Below are positions 58,938-64,000 of a stretch of 64,000 bases of DNA, piece after piece. The stretch is from the human T2T-CHM13v2.0 reference genome, Homo sapiens. A program made the translations under genes and the position numbers. Where the stretch lies: the NCBI RefSeq assembly GCF_009914755.1, contig NC_060930.1; one strand, written 5' to 3'. Each line of letters begins with the position of its first letter. The first letter of the stretch is position 1. The notes beneath the pieces were generated by a model. The model did not search any database and had not been told where the DNA came from. It worked only from the letters and a program-made list of their open reading frames with translations.

Positions 58938-59102
58938 ACACTTCCTCATCAACAGGGTGGGGAAGAAAGAGGGGCAATCTCTCATTACCATGGGATGCAT
59001 ATGTATATCTATGTATGACACTTCCCCAATAATGGGGGTGGGGGAGGCAAGAGGGCAATCTCTCATTACCATGAGATGCATATTTACATCTATGTATTAC
59101 AC
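58938..59102. repeat. Diverged tandem duplication of about 80-81 bp, 55 bp into the intron downstream of the MAM exon
   Basis: Two copies of ACACTTCC...GGGTGGGG...GGGCAATCTCTCATTACCATG(G/A)GATGCATAT(G/T)TA(T/C)ATCTATGTAT; CAATCT at 58975 and 59056 (period 81). Confidence 0.95.
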
Positions 59103-59157
59103 ATATAGTGAGAACTGATGACATCAAAACATACACCAGAAAAGTACAGATGATTAC

Positions 59158-59429
59158 CTGATATTCATTGGGCCAAAAGGTGCTCACTGCTAGCTCAGCC
59201 CGAAGCCAATCTCTACCCGTGAATCCAGTCACATTCCAAATTGGATTGGCAAGAGGTCCTTTATTCACCCTAACTAATATGTTCAAAGTGCCAGGATTCA
59301 GTCCTTTCTGGCTATATAATAGGTAACTGAAATCAATGCAGTGAGTGTCGTTCTCCTTCATTGTAGGCAGCTGAAGTCTGGCTTTTTCTCCAGGGTCGTG
59401 ATCTGAAGAGTCCACTATCATATAGGAAC
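59158..59429 (-). CDS. PTPRK: PTPRK internal coding exon (272 bp, probably exon 3) encoding the core of the extracellular MAM domain of receptor-type tyrosine-protein phosphatase kappa
   Basis: Translation (G)SYMIVDSSDHDPGEKARLQLPTMKENDTHCIDFSYLLYSQKGLNPGTLNILVRVNKGPLANPIWNVTGFTGRDWLRAELAVSTFWPNEYQ matches the PTPRK MAM domain as I recall it. Minus-strand acceptor ...gtcatttcag|GTTCC (AG at 59431-59430) and donor TATCAG|gtaatc (GT at 59157-59156). Length is 2 nt plus 90 codons, so phase 1 in and phase 0 out. Confidence 0.96.
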
Positions 59430-59589
59430 CTGAAATGACATTACAAATAATAATGCTAAAGAGATATATAAGCAAAGGGAACATATAACAATAAAAATAT
59501 GCTAATCCATTCTGAGCATTAAATTTAAGTTAAAAAGACTGTTTTCCAGAACACAGCCACAGAAATACATCAATCAAATAAGTAGATGA

Positions 59590-59770
59590 ACTGAATTCTT
59601 ACTAGGTAACAGACAGTGTTCAAAGTACACATTCTGTATCAATTCATTTAGTCTCCACAACAACCTGTTATTATCCTATTTTACAAATTAGGAAATTGAG
59701 GCACAATTAGTAACACTCAAAGCTGGGTTCAAATCCAGATCTCACTCTAAATCTCTGGTATTACTGAACA
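59590..59770 (-). mobile_element. MIR SINE followed by a short (TA)n/(CA)n tract
   Basis: TTATTATCCTATTTTACAAATTAGGAAATTGAGGCACA...GCTGGGTTCAAATCCAG. Confidence 0.75.
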
Positions 59771-62390
59771 CAAGTCTTTTAATATAATATATATATATAT
59801 GTATACACACATACACAAAAGCGATACATTATTGGCCTGGTTTACACAAAGGGTACACCTTTATTTTTCGCTATCCAGAATATTATTGCAGGGAGATGTG
59901 CTTAGAGTGCAAACAATGGAACCATTTCTAATTTCGTATTGGAAAATCATCATTTATACAAGTTATGTGATCATTTGTAACATACTAACTTTGAACCTCA
60001 GTTCAGGGAATGAGGACACTTTGTAGTGTCAGTATGAGGGCTAAAGTTAAAAATGCCTAGAGCTGAGGATCAGGACACAGCAGATTTCCCCACTTGGAGT
60101 CTCACCCACTAAGGTGTCAGCTAATCACCACTGCTACTGGCCCCAGTTCTGTAACAGTCCCTAAACTCTTGTAGAGCTACAAGAAACCCAGTTTAAAATC
60201 ACCAATCTACTCTATCCCTTTGACTTAGTAAGTGTTCATTGGTTATCTGTCATGAGGAGGCACAGGACATAGAGTCCCACTCTCATAGCTCACATATAGA
60301 CTTTCCATTGCAGACAAAGGCCACACAGAGACTAAGTACAAAAATGAGACTTGAACAACGGGCTGCTGCTTTTAGTCCCAGAAAACTCTCCAGTAAGACA
60401 ACCAATTGTTCTCATGTCATTGTGGATTTTAACAAAGACACATATCACAAAAATGCAAATATGCCTATTTATTACACAGAAGATGGAACACAAATTTTAT
60501 TGTAAAATATCTTTTTTCTTTGCTAGCATGTAATTTTAACCAAAATATATCAGATGTAGTGTTATAAAACTCAGTGTTATAAGAGTTGCACTTGACCCTT
60601 TCTTCCTGACAACATGTAAAAGTAATCAATCTTCTGCATTCCCTCCCCAAAATTTGTACCCATGACACATTAACCACTCAATAACTACTAGTCTAACTTG
60701 TTCAATTAACCCTCAACAACAGATGCAAATCATGGCAGAGAGGATGGTGTCAACTATTTGAGAAGCCAAATTTCAAATGTGACCGATTGCCACTGAGTGG
60801 TAGGTAGCCTCTGGTTGAGAGCTTTTGGGAAGATTTCTGTAACACTTCAGTATAATCGAAGTACAGAATAAACAGATCATAGTGATAGTGGCTGATATTA
60901 TTGTTCACTTCTTTTTCCTAGTTATCATCTTCTCTTGTAAGCTAGGATTCTTTTTTTTTTCTCTCTTTCTTTCTTTCTGAGTCTCACAGACGGCACATTA
61001 ATAGAATAAACTGTCCGTGTGTATTTTGGAGAAATTATGTCTTTATTTTTAAAAAGGATATCCTGGATCCCAACCCAATTTATAGAAGCAGGATGTTTCT
61101 ATTCTTTATTATATTCACATTCTGAAGTCAATGGTTGATTTGGCAAGATGTCTTTCAGATTCGCCACTGCATAGCAGACCAATCATTCCTTTCAACGAGG
61201 ACCAGCCCTGAGATCTTGGATAAGTTACCTAGTGTTTGTTACTGGGCCTCAGCATCTTCACAAACCTGTAGCCTATTTCTCCACTACTATAACAGTTCCA
61301 CCCCCTCCCCTCAGTGGAATATTATGGCAGTAGTGCATTTAAATTATTTTTAGAGGTCTGTATCAATTATGGCTTCTGAATGTCAACTTTAAAGTAGTAA
61401 TCTCTAAATGATTTATTGGCTTTCTAATAGTCATTTTTTCCTATTATAAAATAAACTTTGGAGTAAAAATATGCTTTGTGTCACATTTTAATTATATAGC
61501 ATAATATTTACTATAAAGACCATTTAGGAATTTTCAGTCAGTTGTACCCTTAAGCTACAATAATTATCTGTCTTATTAGGGAAACCGGATGGGCAAGGTA
61601 TATTCATTTGTAGGCATTATCAATTTGATCACTAGGAAGACAAAAGTCACAAAATAAAAGCTTGTCTACACTATTTCAACATTTCAAGCAAGTTAAATAA
61701 TAAAGAAAAATAGTGTTGATAATTCATCTCTATAGAATGTTTCCGCTAAATGGCCCTCTTTCAATAATGCCTGACTACTGCCACATTCTCCGAGTGCTCT
61801 GGAATAATAATGCATTTATTGCACAGTTCCAGAAAGGAGGAAGCAAGCACTAGCACCAAAAAGCCATCTAAATCTTTCTGCCTACTGACTTGATATAACG
61901 GCAATTTACCCAGTAGGCACTAGGGAGGAAGCTGCCTGTCTGAAACAAAATTCCCTTCCATCATCCCAAACACAGAAGATACTGTGCTATTCTTATCAAC
62001 ATCTAAAAATCACTTCTGTAGTCTCCCAGAATAACTGGCTCCCAATCCTTACACTTGGGAAATTATACAATATGTACTTCTCTCATACTTTATGTTATAA
62101 TTTAAGCTTATTTACGATTGTTCTGTTACCAGCTAACTAATTCCTCAGATTTCTAACAAGAGTTTAGTTATCTCAAGGCTTAATAAAACATCTATGTTCC
62201 CACACATACAATGTACTAGCTTTTAATTAAAACTTCTTTAAAGTGGCCTTACAAATATTCCTTACAGTCTCTTGATCAATAGAGTTCTCAAATATATCAT
62301 TCAACACAGAGAAAACTATATATGCTTTTTGTTTGTTTTAAGTGCAACCTTTATAGACAGCAATTTGACATAAAAGACCTTTAAGAGATA

Positions 62391-63436
62391 TTCATGAATA
62401 AAACATCAAAAGCAATTGCAACAAAACCCAAAATTGACAAATGGGATCTAATTAAACTAAAGAGCTTCTGCACAGCAAAAGAAACTACCATCAGAGTGAA
62501 CAGGCAAACTACAGAATGGGAAAAAATTTTTACAATCTATCCATTTGACAAGGGAATAATATTCAGAATCTACAAGGAACTTAAACAAATTTACAAGAAA
62601 AAAACAAACCCATCAAAAAGTGGGTGAAAGATATGAACAGACACTTTTCAAAAGAAGACATTTATGCGGCCAACAAACATAAAAAAAAAGGTCATCATCA
62701 CTGGTCATTAGAGAAATGCAAATCAAAACCACAATGAGATACCATCTCACGCCAGTTAGAATGGTGATCATTAAAAAGTCAAGAAAAAACAGATGCTGGA
62801 GAGGATGTGTAGAAATAGGATGTTTTTACACTGTTGGTGGGAGTGTAAATTAGTTCAACCATTGTGGAAGACAGTGTGGTGATTCCTCAAGGATCTAAAA
62901 CTAGAAATACCATTTGACGTGTCAATCCCATTACTATGTATATATCCAAAGGATTATAAATCATTCTGCTACAAAGACACAGGCACACGTATGTTTACTG
63001 CAGCACTATTCACAATAGCAAAGACTTGGAACCAACCCAAATGTCCATCAATGGTAGACTGGATAAAGAAAATGTGGCACATAAACACCATGGAATACTG
63101 TGCAGCCATAAAAAAGGATGAGTTCATGTCCTTTGCAGGGACATGGATGAAGTTGAAAACCATAATTCTCAGCAAACTATCACAAGAACAGAAAACCAAA
63201 CACCACATTTTCTCACTCATAAGTGGGAACTGAACAATGAGAACACATGGACACAGAGAGGGGAACACACACCAGGGCCTGTTGGGAGGCAAGGGGAAGG
63301 AGAGCATAAGGAGAAATACCTAATGTAGACAACGGGTTGACGAGTGCAGCAAACCACCATGGCACATGTATACTTATGTAACAAACCTGCACATTCTGCA
63401 TATGTATCTCAGAACTTAAAGTATATTTTAAAAAAA
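62391..63436 (+). mobile_element. 5'-truncated L1PA6/PA7-like LINE-1, about 1.05 kb
   Basis: ORF2 C-terminal remnants (62394-62627, 62919-63233); 3'UTR GCAGCAAACCACCATGGCAC...CAGAACTTAAAGTA; TSD AAGAGATA at 62383-62390 and 63435-63442. Confidence 0.93.
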
Positions 63437-63442
63437 GAGATA

Positions 63443-63960
63443 CATACCTTCTGATCTGGGAATTCCATGTCTACAAATGTATACTAAATAAACCATCAGG
63501 TATGTATAAAAGATACAGCTTTAAAAGATGCCTAACTCATTACACTATTTAAAACAGAGAAAAATTAAGTATTCTCAATATTCAATAACCAGTAATTTGC
63601 AAAATTACAGCAAATCAATTTAATGAACAATAATGCAGTCATTAAGAATAATATTATTTTAAAACATTTTATGGAAGATATTTACAATATGTTAAGTAAA
63701 ATATGCAGGTTATAAAATATTAAACCCACTTATGAAAAATACATATTTGTGTTAAATAATTATATCTGTGTAAATGTGTGTATATTCACATATGCACACA
63801 CATACACTTGTACATATGACTGGAAAAATATGTAGCAAAATCTTAACGGTATATTATCTGGTGGGCTGTAATTGTCTTCTAGGTTTTCAAAAAAGTTTTT
63901 GCATATGTACAGTTTCTGAGAGTTCTATAATGAATAGGCATTAGATTTGCACATTTTTAT
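63443..63960 (+). mobile_element. Ancient L1ME-type 3' fragment hosting the L1PA insertion (left part at about 62340-62390)
   Basis: CAGCAATTTGAC...[insertion]...CATACCTTCTGATCTGGGAATTCCA; AATGCAGTCATTAAGAAT; GACTGGAAAAATAT. Confidence 0.6.
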
Positions 63961-64000
63961 TAAAACAGAGACTACATGAATACTATCTTACAAGAGGAAA

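Larger units (their letters stand above)
59430..64000 (-). other. PTPRK: PTPRK intron upstream of the MAM exon (3' part)
   Basis: Ends in the AG acceptor at 59431-59430; no preceding MAM exon seen in the window. Confidence 0.85.

Noticed and set aside
59430-59484. N-terminal MFPLLIYLFSIIICNVIS of ORF 58906-59484 looks like a signal peptide for a standalone 192-aa gene
   Set aside because: It is the translated T-rich 3' splice-site region of the upstream intron. There is no promoter evidence, and the canonical AG at 59431-59430 explains the boundary. An internal start cannot be formally excluded without CAGE data.

Overview
Primate (human or great-ape) genomic DNA, AT-rich and CpG-poor, lying entirely inside the receptor tyrosine phosphatase gene PTPRK, which is transcribed on the minus strand. 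The only host coding sequence is one 272-bp internal exon (59158-59429, minus) encoding most of the MAM domain (probably exon 3, from recall of the gene structure). The rest is intron: 59.2 kb of the very long downstream intron and 4.6 kb of the upstream one. The introns are filled with transposon relics: three young L1PA copies, all antisense to PTPRK (including a 4.55-kb L1PA3-like copy), Alu/FAM/FLAM elements, MaLR and ERV1 solo LTRs, hAT DNA transposons, L2, MIR and old L1M, often nested. Almost all other ORFs in the supplied track are L1/Alu remnants or chance ORFs. I see no convincing novel biological system. The best lead is in-frame read-through of the exon's non-consensus 5' splice site into 83 intronic codons. 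These encode a transmembrane-like segment and an 81-bp duplicated tail, with candidate poly(A) signals downstream, suggesting a possible truncated isoform made by intronic polyadenylation. Repeat subfamily names come from remembered consensus sequences, not a database search, and boundaries of old repeats are approximate.
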